A DNA stretch of 20,635 nucleotides from Candidatus Krumholzibacteriia bacterium (GTDB taxonomy: Bacteria; Krumholzibacteriota; Krumholzibacteriia; LZORAL124-64-63). Where the stretch lies: positions 1-20,635 of the forward strand of contig JAWOID010000037.1 of the NCBI GenBank assembly GCA_046484865.1, read 5' to 3'. The notes below the pieces were generated by a model. It was not told the DNA's origin. It worked only from the letters and a program-made list of their open reading frames with translations, and made no database searches. Below are positions 9,864 to 18,282 of the stretch, piece after piece (position 1 is the first letter of the stretch; each line of letters starts with the position of its first letter). A program made the position numbers and the translations under genes.

Positions 9864-12716
9864 TTATCGCAGCAGCGCCACCTTCCGCACGCTGCCCCAG
9901 CCGGCGCCCTGACCCCGGACCAGGTACACCCCGCTCGCCAGCGCCCGGCCCACGTCGTCGCGTCCGTCCCAGGTGACATCATGCCGCCCGGCCGGGTACT
10001 CGCCGGCGATGAGCGTGCGCACCTTGCGCCCCCGCAGATCCGCGATTTCGATCAGCACACGGCCTGCTGCCGCCACCTCGAAAGCGATGCACACCAAAGG
10101 GTTGAAGGGGTTAGGCGCGGCCGACAGCAGACGTCCGGCACCGTCCATGCCCATCGTCGCGCGACCCGTCGGTACGTCCGTCGGATCGGCCGCAGCCACC
10201 GGCACGGACGGCGACGCAAACCCCGGCTCGCCGGTCGTATCCACCGGCACGACGCGGAACTCGTACTCGGTGTGCGGATCACGGCCGGTGTAGACGAACG
10301 TCGTGTCAGTCAGCCCCTCCGCCACCGTCACGTAACCATCCGACAGGCCTCGGCGGCCGTCGAACCAGTCGATCAGCCGCACTTCAATCCGGTAGGTCGC
10401 ATGAGGCAGCGATCGCCAGACGAGTCCAATCCGGTCGAGGAACTCGTTCACCTCGAGGACCACGACTTCAGCGGCCCAGCCCAGCGGACAGTGCGACGAT
10501 TGCGTCGGGCCGAGGTTGTGCATCTGGAGCGCCAACTCGATGTCGAGCGCGTGGACGCCACCGTGGGAGCGATCCTCGGCGATCAGGGCGTTGCAGAAGT
10601 CCTGCATTTCGAACCGCCCCGATGCGCCAGGTCCCGCCCGCAGCATTCGGTGCAAGGACGCGAGCACGAGCCCGTCGGTCGCTGGCGCGCTGGGCACTCC
10701 GACGCCGTCGATGGCGTCGCGCAGGTCCCAGAGAGCTCCGCTGAGGATGCGCGACCCCGTGTAGTGGTCTTCCGGGAAGACGCAGGTGGCGTAGAGGAGC
10801 TGCTCGGCGAGGTTCCGCAGCGGCTGGCAATCCTCGCGGTCGACATCGCAAGTCGCCACCATGGGCTCGCCGACGAAGCTGGTGGCGAAGTAGTCGGCGA
10901 ACGCCTCGTCCATCGCCGCCCCCTCCCGGTCGTCGTCATCGGACATGATCTGCGTCCGACCGAGAATGGCGTGGGCGACGTCGGCGACCATGCAGTGCCC
11001 CAACTCGTGATAGACCGCGAGGTCCGCCTGCGCAAGACCCTGCAAGTACTTCGTTGTCAGGCCGCCCGGCTCGGCGAATGATCCGCCGAACTGCTGCCAG
11101 TAGGGATTCGACTCCATCAGGACGCACCCGATGAAATCCTCGCAGTCCTCACCGGTTCGGCGGCTGCGGAGGTTCCACTCGTACTCCAGGCGATCTAGCC
11201 AGTACTCGAGTCGGAACTTCTGCACGAAGTACGCCGCTTGCAGCGAGGCCGCGCCGTACAGGGCCTCCGAGGAGGGCCAGGTGAACTCCGTGACCGACTC
11301 TCCGACGACGGGTTCGACTACGATAGAGACCGGATCCTGGTCCTGCGCATCGTCTACAGCGTCCGCCACAATGCGGTACAGAGGTCCCTGCAGGAACAGC
11401 TCGAAGCTGTCGCCGTCGGCCGAGGCCGCCGGGAAGCTTGCCATCCCTGACCGGTCGGTGAAACTGGTCAGGGTGCCGCCTCCCTCGCGGTGCAGGACCA
11501 CGGTCACGCCGGGCAGAGGCGGCGGCGGGTCCAGGAAGGCGTCCGTGGCGTACCGCGGCCGCACCTGCGCGGTCACCCGGATGCCACGCAGTCCGCGCCA
11601 GGCGCAGTAGAGTTCGCTGCCGCCGTGGCGCGCGTCCTGCCAGACGAAGCAGCAGATGCCGTCAGCGTTCTCATCGACATCCGGCGCGGATGCATCTGCC
11701 GGCGAGGCGCTGATCGGCAAGTCGGTGATCAACAAGGTCCCATCGGCACTCCATTCCGCGCCGCGGATGCGGCAGTTGCCGCTGGACCGATCCTCCCAGA
11801 CGGCGCGGGCGGGCTGATCGATGGCGGCGGCGATCCGCGGGCGCCGCGCGGGGCCTGGGCCGGGGTCGAGTACCACCGGACTTCCCGAGCTGGACATCTG
11901 CACGACTCGGTCTACGCCGGCAATCTCCTGCTGGTAGACGAGCCAGTTGCTCGAGGAGGCCGGGCGGCAATGGTCGGGCAAGGCGATGCCGCTGCCGCCT
12001 ACGAGCTTGTAGGTGCCGAACGGGCTGCTGCCCCAAATCCATGCCTGCCAGAGCCCCATCCCCAGGATCGGGTCCTGGTCGCACCAGTGCACTAACACCA
12101 GGCCGGCGCTCACGGCCACGCACGGACTCTTAGCCACACCAACGTCGGAGCTAGAGGACAGGGTCGCATCGTGGACGATTTGCCCCGACCAGTCGAGGCC
12201 GATGTAGCGCACGCGGTCCTGAGCGCCGTCGAGTTCCTCGATCGCGAGATGAATCTGTGTCGAGTCCGTCACGTCGATGTCCACCTCGGTGGCGATCACC
12301 AGTCCGAGATCGAGCCCATCGGGCCAGCCGGTAACGCTCCCAGCGGGACTCACTCGCCGGGTGAAAACGTAACCGGAGTTCGTCCAGACGACGTAGCTGA
12401 ACCCCTCGGCGTCCAGGGCGATCCGTGGCCGGCCGGTGCCCTCTCCCGCCGGCCAGAGGTCTACCGGCCCATGGACGAAATTTCCCGCCGGGTCGAAGCA
12501 GGCCCAGGTGACACGGCTCATCCCGGGCGGATCGTCGGGAGACTGGCGCAGCCAGACGACCCGTGCAAGGGCGTCGGGTCCAACGGCGATGGCAGGCTCG
12601 GTGCAGACGCCCAGGTCGGCCGTGAGCCGTTGTTCTTCCATGGCGGACGCCGCCGAGATCAGGAGCATGACGGACAGGGCGACAATTCCCGTCGCAAGAC
12701 ATGTCGATTTTCCCAT
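9864..12716 (-). CDS. Secreted multidomain protein: beta-propeller + M4/M36-like gluzincin metallopeptidase + FN3-like + FlgD-Ig (T9SS-CTD-like) domain
   Basis: Signal peptide; seven P-x-I-A...V-V-W blade-like repeats; HELGH...GAAMDEAFADYFA...H...ILSGALWDLR; YEFRV; PNPFNP...GRKVRTL...WDGRD...SGVYLVR. Confidence 0.8.
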   Translation of the reverse strand: MGKSTCLATGIVALSVMLLISAASAMEEQRLTADLGVCTEPAIAVGPDALARVVWLRQSPDDPPGMSRVTWACFDPAGNFVHGPVDLWPAGEGTGRPRIALDAEGFSYVVWTNSGYVFTRRVSPAGSVTGWPDGLDLGLVIATEVDIDVTDSTQIHLAIEELDGAQDRVRYIGLDWSGQIVHDATLSSSSDVGVAKSPCVAVSAGLVLVHWCDQDPILGMGLWQAWIWGSSPFGTYKLVGGSGIALPDHCRPASSSNWLVYQQEIAGVDRVVQMSSSGSPVVLDPGPGPARRPRIAAAIDQPARAVWEDRSSGNCRIRGAEWSADGTLLITDLPISASPADASAPDVDENADGICCFVWQDARHGGSELYCAWRGLRGIRVTAQVRPRYATDAFLDPPPPLPGVTVVLHREGGGTLTSFTDRSGMASFPAASADGDSFELFLQGPLYRIVADAVDDAQDQDPVSIVVEPVVGESVTEFTWPSSEALYGAASLQAAYFVQKFRLEYWLDRLEYEWNLRSRRTGEDCEDFIGCVLMESNPYWQQFGGSFAEPGGLTTKYLQGLAQADLAVYHELGHCMVADVAHAILGRTQIMSDDDDREGAAMDEAFADYFATSFVGEPMVATCDVDREDCQPLRNLAEQLLYATCVFPEDHYTGSRILSGALWDLRDAIDGVGVPSAPATDGLVLASLHRMLRAGPGASGRFEMQDFCNALIAEDRSHGGVHALDIELALQMHNLGPTQSSHCPLGWAAEVVVLEVNEFLDRIGLVWRSLPHATYRIEVRLIDWFDGRRGLSDGYVTVAEGLTDTTFVYTGRDPHTEYEFRVVPVDTTGEPGFASPSVPVAAADPTDVPTGRATMGMDGAGRLLSAAPNPFNPLVCIAFEVAAAGRVLIEIADLRGRKVRTLIAGEYPAGRHDVTWDGRDDVGRALASGVYLVRGQGAGWGSVRKVALLR

Positions 12717-12931
12717 GCCGGATTCCCCCCGGGACCGAGTCTCAACCGCGACCGGCCCGGAACCGGGCCCTCGTCCCAGGGTGAGTGTATCACATGACGC
12801 GGACGGTCACCGGTCGTCCTGCTCGTCGCGGAGTTCGTCACGCTGCCGGTGGCGTTTGTCACGATCGCCGCGGCCGCGGACAAGCACGGCCACTCGCTCT
12901 CGAGCACCACCCCTCCGGTGGTCCCGTCGCA

Positions 12932-12945
12932 TGTACCCGGGTGCA
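12932..12945. repeat. Dispersed copy of the palindromic motif (TGTACCCGGGTGCA)
   Basis: Exact reverse complement of 2165-2178; intergenic. Confidence 0.7.
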
Positions 12946-13094
12946 CCGGCCGGCGCTCCAGCCGGTCGGCCCGTGCCCCGGCTGGCTACCCCAGCGGCCC
13001 AGCGTGAGGCGGAACTGGGGCACGCGGGTCCCTCCGTTCACCCCTCGCGCCCGATCACCGCCGGCATCGGCGATCGTTCCGTGTCATGGAACGT

Positions 13095-14240
13095 TTAGGC
13101 CTCGCCCAGCATCGGATCCGCATCCGCCAGCGTCCCGCCCATCTGCTCGCAGGTGGCGCGGCAGCCGCCGAAGCACCTCGCGAAGCGTTCGCAGCCGGCG
13201 CAGGCGGCCGGTACGGTGTCGCGCCAGGCACGCAGGTAGGCGGAGTCGAGCAGCGTCGCCGGCGGATCGCGGTGGATGTTCGCGAACACCACCGGCGAGT
13301 GGTTGCAGAAGCGTAGGTCACCGTCGAGGTCGAGCGCGAGCGGCCGGCGGTCCAGGTCGGCGGAGCAGCTCGTGAAGCGCACGCGCAGGTACTCGTGCGG
13401 GTCCACGAGGCAGTGCGGCAGCGCCACGTTCGACGTGATGTTCAGTCCGAGCGGGCGGGCGAGACGGTCGGCCGTCGCGAAGGCGGCGCACAGGTCTTCG
13501 GCGGCGGGCGTGAGTTCGTCGAGATGCCGCAGCCCCCGGCCGCCCGGGTTGAAGCGGTTCAGCATGACCTGGCGAACGCCGAGGGCCGCATGCAGGGCGA
13601 GCGTGTCGGCAAGCGACGGCGCGGTGTCGCGGGTGAGGACGACCACCCCCACCACATCGGCCGCGAGCGCCCTCAGGGTCCGGATCGACGCCGCCGTCGC
13701 CTCCCAGGCGCCCCGCCGTCCGGAGAGGCGGTCGTGCACCGCGGCATCGGCCGCGTGCAGCGGCAGCTCGAACAGCGCCACGCCGAGGCGCGCCAGACCG
13801 CGCCAGCGTTCCGGCGTGCCCAGCGTGCCGTTGCTGATGATGTTCACGCGGCTGCCGGCCAGCCGCGAGCGCAGCACCAGCTCCTCGAGCCGCTCCTGCG
13901 CGAGCGGTTCGCCTCCAGTCATCGTCACGCCGTCCACGCGCGCGATCCGGTGCAGGCGGGCGAGCGTCCGGTCGGCGCGCTCGAACTCGTCGCGGGCGCG
14001 GCCGGGTCGGCCGCGATTCATTCGCGCCTGCGGCGCCTCCCAGGGCACGTAGCAGTGCCGGCAGGCGAGATTGCAGCGCGCGGTCACCTCGAAGAGGACG
14101 TTCCGGAGCCGCAGCGGGGACGTGCCGGAACTCATCGCAGGCCTCGTCCCGGAACTCGTCGCGGCGGTCGTCGACCTCGTCGCGGAACTCGTGGCGGACC
14201 TCGTCGCGGAACTCGTGCCGGACCTCGTCGCGGAACTCAT
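13095..14240 (-). CDS. Radical SAM enzyme with SPASM domain (peptide/protein maturase class)
   Basis: CNLACRHC, TGGEP, SNG, HDRLSG; SPASM cysteines FTSC...RFC...CAGCERFARCFGGCRATC; ATGA overlap with the upstream gene (alternative start 14135). Confidence 0.92.
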   Translation of the reverse strand: MSSATRSGTSSATRSATSSATRSTTAATSSGTRPAMSSGTSPLRLRNVLFEVTARCNLACRHCYVPWEAPQARMNRGRPGRARDEFERADRTLARLHRIARVDGVTMTGGEPLAQERLEELVLRSRLAGSRVNIISNGTLGTPERWRGLARLGVALFELPLHAADAAVHDRLSGRRGAWEATAASIRTLRALAADVVGVVVLTRDTAPSLADTLALHAALGVRQVMLNRFNPGGRGLRHLDELTPAAEDLCAAFATADRLARPLGLNITSNVALPHCLVDPHEYLRVRFTSCSADLDRRPLALDLDGDLRFCNHSPVVFANIHRDPPATLLDSAYLRAWRDTVPAACAGCERFARCFGGCRATCEQMGGTLADADPMLGEA

Positions 14241-14244
14241 CGCG
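14127..14244 (-). repeat. Tandem ~24-bp repeats (GAGTTCCGCGACGAGGTCCGSCAC) encoding the Ser/Thr-rich N-terminal extension of the rSAM
   Basis: Five GAGTTCCG unit starts on the minus strand; GCGATGAGTTCCG occurs at both ends. Confidence 0.85.
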
Positions 14245-14788
14245 AGCCGTCCACCACCATCAGCGTCACCCGCAGGAGATAGGCGCCCGGCTCGATCACG
14301 TCGGGGGACCCGGGGTAGATCTCGAGCTTGTACTCGCCCGGGGCCACGTCCGCACCCAGGTCGAGCACGAACGGTTCGGTGTTCTCGTCGAATGCGCCGT
14401 CGGCGGCGATGAGGGCGCCCCGCGTCACCTCCTGCTCCCCGGCGGAAAGGAGCCGGAAGGCGAACGCGTCGAAGTCGCGGTCCACCACCTCGCCGGTCAG
14501 CTGCGTTCCTGCACCGACGTCGAGCTGCAGCGTGCCCGCGGGCAGGAACTGCTCGTCGAACTCGAAGGTCTGCATCTCCGGAGGCTGGGGAGCGTAGCAG
14601 GTGGCGTCGGGACGGTCGTCGCACCCGCTGGTGGACCAGGTGAGCGACAGCAGCAGGGCGCCGACGGCCAGCTTGCGCCGCACGAACCAGGGATGGCCGC
14701 GCGAGAGGCGCACGAGCAGGCAGACCAGCGCGAAGACGACGGCGAGCACGATGATGGCGAGCGGAACCCAGACGAGATGGCGCGGCAT
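14237..14788 (-). CDS. Membrane-anchored putative lipoprotein with a TCY motif and beta-rich C-terminal domain; candidate rSAM substrate
   Basis: SD GGGAGGT before ATG 14788; TM helix, basic RRK, second hydrophobic stretch ending STSGC, then DDRPDATCYAPQPP and an acidic beta-rich domain. Confidence 0.82.
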   Translation of the reverse strand: MPRHLVWVPLAIIVLAVVFALVCLLVRLSRGHPWFVRRKLAVGALLLSLTWSTSGCDDRPDATCYAPQPPEMQTFEFDEQFLPAGTLQLDVGAGTQLTGEVVDRDFDAFAFRLLSAGEQEVTRGALIAADGAFDENTEPFVLDLGADVAPGEYKLEIYPGSPDVIEPGAYLLRVTLMVVDGSR

Positions 14789-14906
14789 GGCGACCTCCCG
14801 GATGAAGCGGGCGACGGACGATGGCTCATCGATCGACCAGCAGGGGCGGTAACCAGGGCCGTGTAAAACCTCGGCGGCGGTGGTGGCGGATCGGCTCCGT
14901 GCCGTG

Positions 14907-14935
14907 ATGCTACCGCGGTGAACAGGTCCTGTCAA
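14907..14935 (-). promoter_or_regulatory. Sigma70 promoter TTGACA-17-TAGCAT for the lipoprotein-rSAM operon
   Basis: -35 at 14935-14930, -10 at 14912-14907. Confidence 0.75.
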
Positions 14936-15010
14936 TTCCGGGCCGCGCCCCGGTGCCGCGCGGAATCGCGCTTGGAACCGCCGGCCCATCCGCGTTAGCT
15001 TGGCCCCGAC

Positions 15011-16528
15011 ATGAATAGCCCTCGTACCCAGCCCACCGTGGGCGACGTCGTCGACCTCGCCCGGCAGTTCGCGCTCGACGCCGACGCCTCCGGCGCCGCC
15101 CTCCGCCACCGCGACCGCGCCATCGGCCGCGAGCTGGACGGACTCCAGTCGCGGCCTCTCGCCCAGCTCCTCGCCTGGCTCGATCGCGTCCGCGCGCAGC
15201 GGGGCGAGCGGCTCGGCGACCGCGTGGTCGCCCTGCGCCGGCTGGGCATGGTGGTGCTGACGCTGGTCGGGCTCGCCGCCGGGTGGGGCGCGGCGGCGGT
15301 GGTCTTTCGCTACGACGGCACCCACCCGGTCAACGTGGTGCACGTGCTCGCGGTGTTCGTCCTGCTGCCGGTGGTGTTCCTGCTGGGGTTCGCGATCGGG
15401 CTCTTGCCGCCGCGCGTCCTGCTCCGCACGCCGGGCGCGGGGGCGCTGCAGGAAGCCGCGGGCCTGGTGAGTCCCGGCAGCCTGCAGCGCCTGCTCGCCC
15501 GCCGCCTGCCGCAGGAGTCGCGCCACGCCCTGACCGCGCTGGCGGCGCGGGGCGAGGTGCACCGGCGCCTGTTCGGCCGGGTCGACCGGTGGATCGTGAT
15601 CCACTCGTCGCAGGTTTTCGCGGTGGCATTCCACGTCGGGGCGCTCGCCGGAGCGGTCTACCTCGTGGTGTTCTCCGACCTGGCGTTCGCCTGGAGCACC
15701 ACGCTCGCCGCCGACGGCGCCGACCTGCAGCGCTGGACCGACGCGCTCTCCTGGCCCTGGGCGTGGGCCTGGCCGCAGGCGCGGCCGAGCTCGGAGCTGA
15801 TCGCCGCCACCCGCTACTTCCGCCTGGGCGCGGGAGCGTTCCCGCAGGCCCCCTCGCCCGCCGGGCTGGGCGGCTGGTGGCCGTTCCTTGTCGCCTGCAT
15901 GGCATTCTACGGGCTCCTGCCGCGGCTCGGCACGCTGATCCTGGCCCGGGCCCGGCTACGCACGGCGATCCGCCGCACGTTCCTGCACCTGCCGGGCATG
16001 AGCGAGCTGCGCGAGCGCCTGAACGCGGAGCTGGTGGAGACCCGCGCCGATTCGCCCGACGAGACGGTCGCGACCGCGGCGGGCGACAGGATCGCCGAGA
16101 CGGGACGACTCGAGAGCCACGCTGCGGTCGTCATCGCCTGGGCCGGAGCCGCGGGCCGGCGGGAGGCCGTCGAGCCGTGGCTGGCGGCGGAGGTCGGCGC
16201 CACGGTGCATCGCTGGCACGAGGCCGGCGGGACGCGTTCCCTGGCCGACGATGCGCAGGTGCGCTCCGCCGCCGGCTCCGCCGATGGCGACCTCGTCGTC
16301 CTGGTGAAGGCCTGGGAGCCGCCCACGGGCGACCTGCTCGATTTCCTGCGCGACCTGCGCGCCGAGGCGGGCCAGACGCGCCCCATCCATGTGCTGCCCG
16401 CGGACGCGGACGCCGCGGAGATGCCCACAACCGCCGGCGCCCGCCACGTGGACGTCTGGCGGCGCTCGCTGGCGGCCCTGGGCGACCCGTGGCTGCGCCT
16501 GCTCCATCCCGGAGGCCGCACGGCATGA
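15011..16528 (+). CDS. DUF2868-family membrane protein
   Basis: YDGTHPVNV, DLAFAWSTTL, WWPFLVACMAFYGLLPR, AWEPP..DLLDFL motifs; coupled to the DUF3482 GTPase. Confidence 0.88.
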   Translation: MNSPRTQPTVGDVVDLARQFALDADASGAALRHRDRAIGRELDGLQSRPLAQLLAWLDRVRAQRGERLGDRVVALRRLGMVVLTLVGLAAGWGAAAVVFRYDGTHPVNVVHVLAVFVLLPVVFLLGFAIGLLPPRVLLRTPGAGALQEAAGLVSPGSLQRLLARRLPQESRHALTALAARGEVHRRLFGRVDRWIVIHSSQVFAVAFHVGALAGAVYLVVFSDLAFAWSTTLAADGADLQRWTDALSWPWAWAWPQARPSSELIAATRYFRLGAGAFPQAPSPAGLGGWWPFLVACMAFYGLLPRLGTLILARARLRTAIRRTFLHLPGMSELRERLNAELVETRADSPDETVATAAGDRIAETGRLESHAAVVIAWAGAAGRREAVEPWLAAEVGATVHRWHEAGGTRSLADDAQVRSAAGSADGDLVVLVKAWEPPTGDLLDFLRDLRAEAGQTRPIHVLPADADAAEMPTTAGARHVDVWRRSLAALGDPWLRLLHPGGRTA

Positions 16529-17949
16529 CGAGCGCGAGCGGCAGCGGCGCCGACCGGCCGACCTTCGCGGTGGTCGGCCACCCGAACAAGGGCAAGTCGA
16601 GCATCGTCGCCACGCTGGCACACGACGACAGCGTCCGCATCGGCGAGCTGCCCGGCACCACCACCACCTGCCGCGCCTACCCGATGAAGGTGGACGGCCA
16701 GGTGCTCTACACGCTCATCGACACGCCCGGCTTCCAGCGGGCGCGGGCCGCCTGGGAGTGGCTGCGCGCCCGCGAGACCACGGTCGATCGCCACCCCGAG
16801 GTGGTGCGACGGTTCCTGGCCGAGCATCGCGGCACGGGCCGATTCCCCGACGAATGCGAGCTGCTCGGCCCGGTGATGGAGGGCGCCGGCATCCTCTACG
16901 TGGTGGACGGGTCGGTGCCGTACGGGCCCGAGTACGACGCGGAGATGGAGATCCTGCGCTGGACCGGTCAGCCGCGCCTGGCGCTCATCAATCCGATCGG
17001 CGAGGCCGACCACCTGGCCGCCTGGCGCACGGCGCTGGGACAGTTCTTCAGTGTCGTGCGCGTGTTCGACGCGGTGACCGCCGACTTCACCAGACGGGTG
17101 GAACTGCTGCGCGCATTCGGTCAGCTGAAGGACGAGTGGCGCGCGCCGCTGCAGAAGGCCGCCGACAGCCTGACCGCCGACCGACGGCGTCGGCGCGAGG
17201 AGGCCGCGCGCGTGGTGGCGTCCACCCTGGCCGAGATGCTCTCGCTGCGGGTCGACCGCGTCATCGGACCGGACCAGGACACCGAGGCGCTGAAACCGGA
17301 ACTCGTCACCGAGTACCAGCGACGCCTGCAGGATCTCGAACGCCGGGAGCGGCGGACCGTCGAGCGGATCTACGACCACCATGCCCTCGACCGTCGCGAG
17401 GCGGGGCTCGACGCGCTGCGTGCGGAGGACCTGTTCTCGAGCGAATCGTGGCGCGTGTTCGGACTCACCCGCATGCAACTGCTGGGCCTGGGCGCGGTGG
17501 GCGGTGCGGCGGCCGGCGGCGCCATCGACCTCGCCACCGGCGGCGCCAGCTTCCTGGCGGGCACCCTGATCGGCGGCGGCATCGGCGCGGCGTCCACCCT
17601 GCTGGCGGCGAACCGGCTGGTCGACGTGAAGGTGCTGCACGTTCCCATGGGCCGGCGGCGGCTGGTGGCCGGTCCCTCCCGCAACCGCAACCTGCCGCAC
17701 GTGGTGCTGGGCCGGGCCCGCCTGCACCATGCGCTGGTGGCAGGCCGCTCCCACGCCGAGCGCAACGCTCTCGACCTCGACGCCGGGGCCAGGGAACTGC
17801 TCGCACCGCTGGACGACGCCACCCGCCGGTCGCTCGAGAAGGCGTTCGGCCGCCTGCGCGGCGATCGCGAGGTGGCGATCACCACCCAACATCTGGGCCA
17901 GGAGATCGCGGCCATCTTCGCCCGGGACGAGGAGGTCTCCACCAACTAA
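16525..17949 (+). CDS. GTPase / DUF3482 domain protein
   Basis: AVVGHPNKGKSS, PGTT, LIDTPG, EMEILRW, Gly-rich GAAAGGAIDLATGGASFLAG; ATGA overlap with the DUF2868 gene. Confidence 0.9.
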   Translation: MTSASGSGADRPTFAVVGHPNKGKSSIVATLAHDDSVRIGELPGTTTTCRAYPMKVDGQVLYTLIDTPGFQRARAAWEWLRARETTVDRHPEVVRRFLAEHRGTGRFPDECELLGPVMEGAGILYVVDGSVPYGPEYDAEMEILRWTGQPRLALINPIGEADHLAAWRTALGQFFSVVRVFDAVTADFTRRVELLRAFGQLKDEWRAPLQKAADSLTADRRRRREEAARVVASTLAEMLSLRVDRVIGPDQDTEALKPELVTEYQRRLQDLERRERRTVERIYDHHALDRREAGLDALRAEDLFSSESWRVFGLTRMQLLGLGAVGGAAAGGAIDLATGGASFLAGTLIGGGIGAASTLLAANRLVDVKVLHVPMGRRRLVAGPSRNRNLPHVVLGRARLHHALVAGRSHAERNALDLDAGARELLAPLDDATRRSLEKAFGRLRGDREVAITTQHLGQEIAAIFARDEEVSTN

Positions 17950-17990
17950 CCCGGATGATTCATGAGCGGCCCGAGGGTTCTCAGTCCAGG

Positions 17991-18020
17991 TTGACAGCGG
18001 GCGGCAAGGCATCGTACAAT
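17991..18020 (+). promoter_or_regulatory. Sigma70 promoter TTGACA-18-TACAAT for the trp leader
   Basis: -35 17991-17996, -10 18015-18020. Confidence 0.8.
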
Positions 18021-18093
18021 CATGGGAGATCCGCTCCACCGAGCGTCAGGACCCCCGGAAACGCCGCCGGAGCATCGAGAGGAGTTCGCAGGC

Positions 18094-18168
18094 ATGCAGT
18101 TCCCGACCGCGAGCGCCCAGCGTCGCTGGTGGTGGCGTCTCCGCCGGTCGGTGAGGTGTGCCTTGTAG
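18094..18168 (+). CDS. trpL: Trp leader peptide MQFPTASAQRRWWWRLRRSVRCAL
   Basis: SD GAGGAG, three consecutive TGG codons, followed by a terminator and trpB. Confidence 0.9.
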   Translation: MQFPTASAQRRWWWRLRRSVRCAL

Positions 18169-18195
18169 CTTCCAGCTAGCAGCAGCAGACACCCG

Positions 18196-18228
18196 CCGCC
18201 GGTCTCGACAGAGGCCGGCGGATTTTTT
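18196..18228 (+). terminator. Attenuator terminator hairpin
   Basis: CCGCCGGTCTC-gaca-GAGGCCGGCGG-ATTTTTT; GGTCGGTGAGGTGT (18146-18159) can pair with ACACCCGCCGCC (18189-18200) as antiterminator. Confidence 0.88.
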
Positions 18229-18282
18229 GTTCGATCACCCGATCAGCGAGAGGCCCGGCGGCGGGCCGGCGGAGGCAAGGTC

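Noticed and set aside
12800..12930. Small ORF or precursor peptide downstream of the rSAM gene
   Set aside because: A plus-strand frame reads hydrophobic (PVVLLVAEFVTLPVAF) but has no start; the minus-strand ORF 12659-12946 lacks convincing signals
14120..14245. Alternative-frame repeat peptide (EFRDEVRH)n as rSAM substrate
   Set aside because: That frame has a stop just upstream and no start codon or SD
14789..14900. Riboswitch in the ~110-nt leader of the lipoprotein-rSAM operon
   Set aside because: No SAM, cobalamin or other aptamer consensus recognisable by eye; an Rfam scan would be needed
14624..16524. Extended starts of ORFs 13095..14624, 14237..15634 and 15283..17949
   Set aside because: SD and ATGA overlaps support starts at 14240, 14788 and 16525; the extensions overlap other real genes
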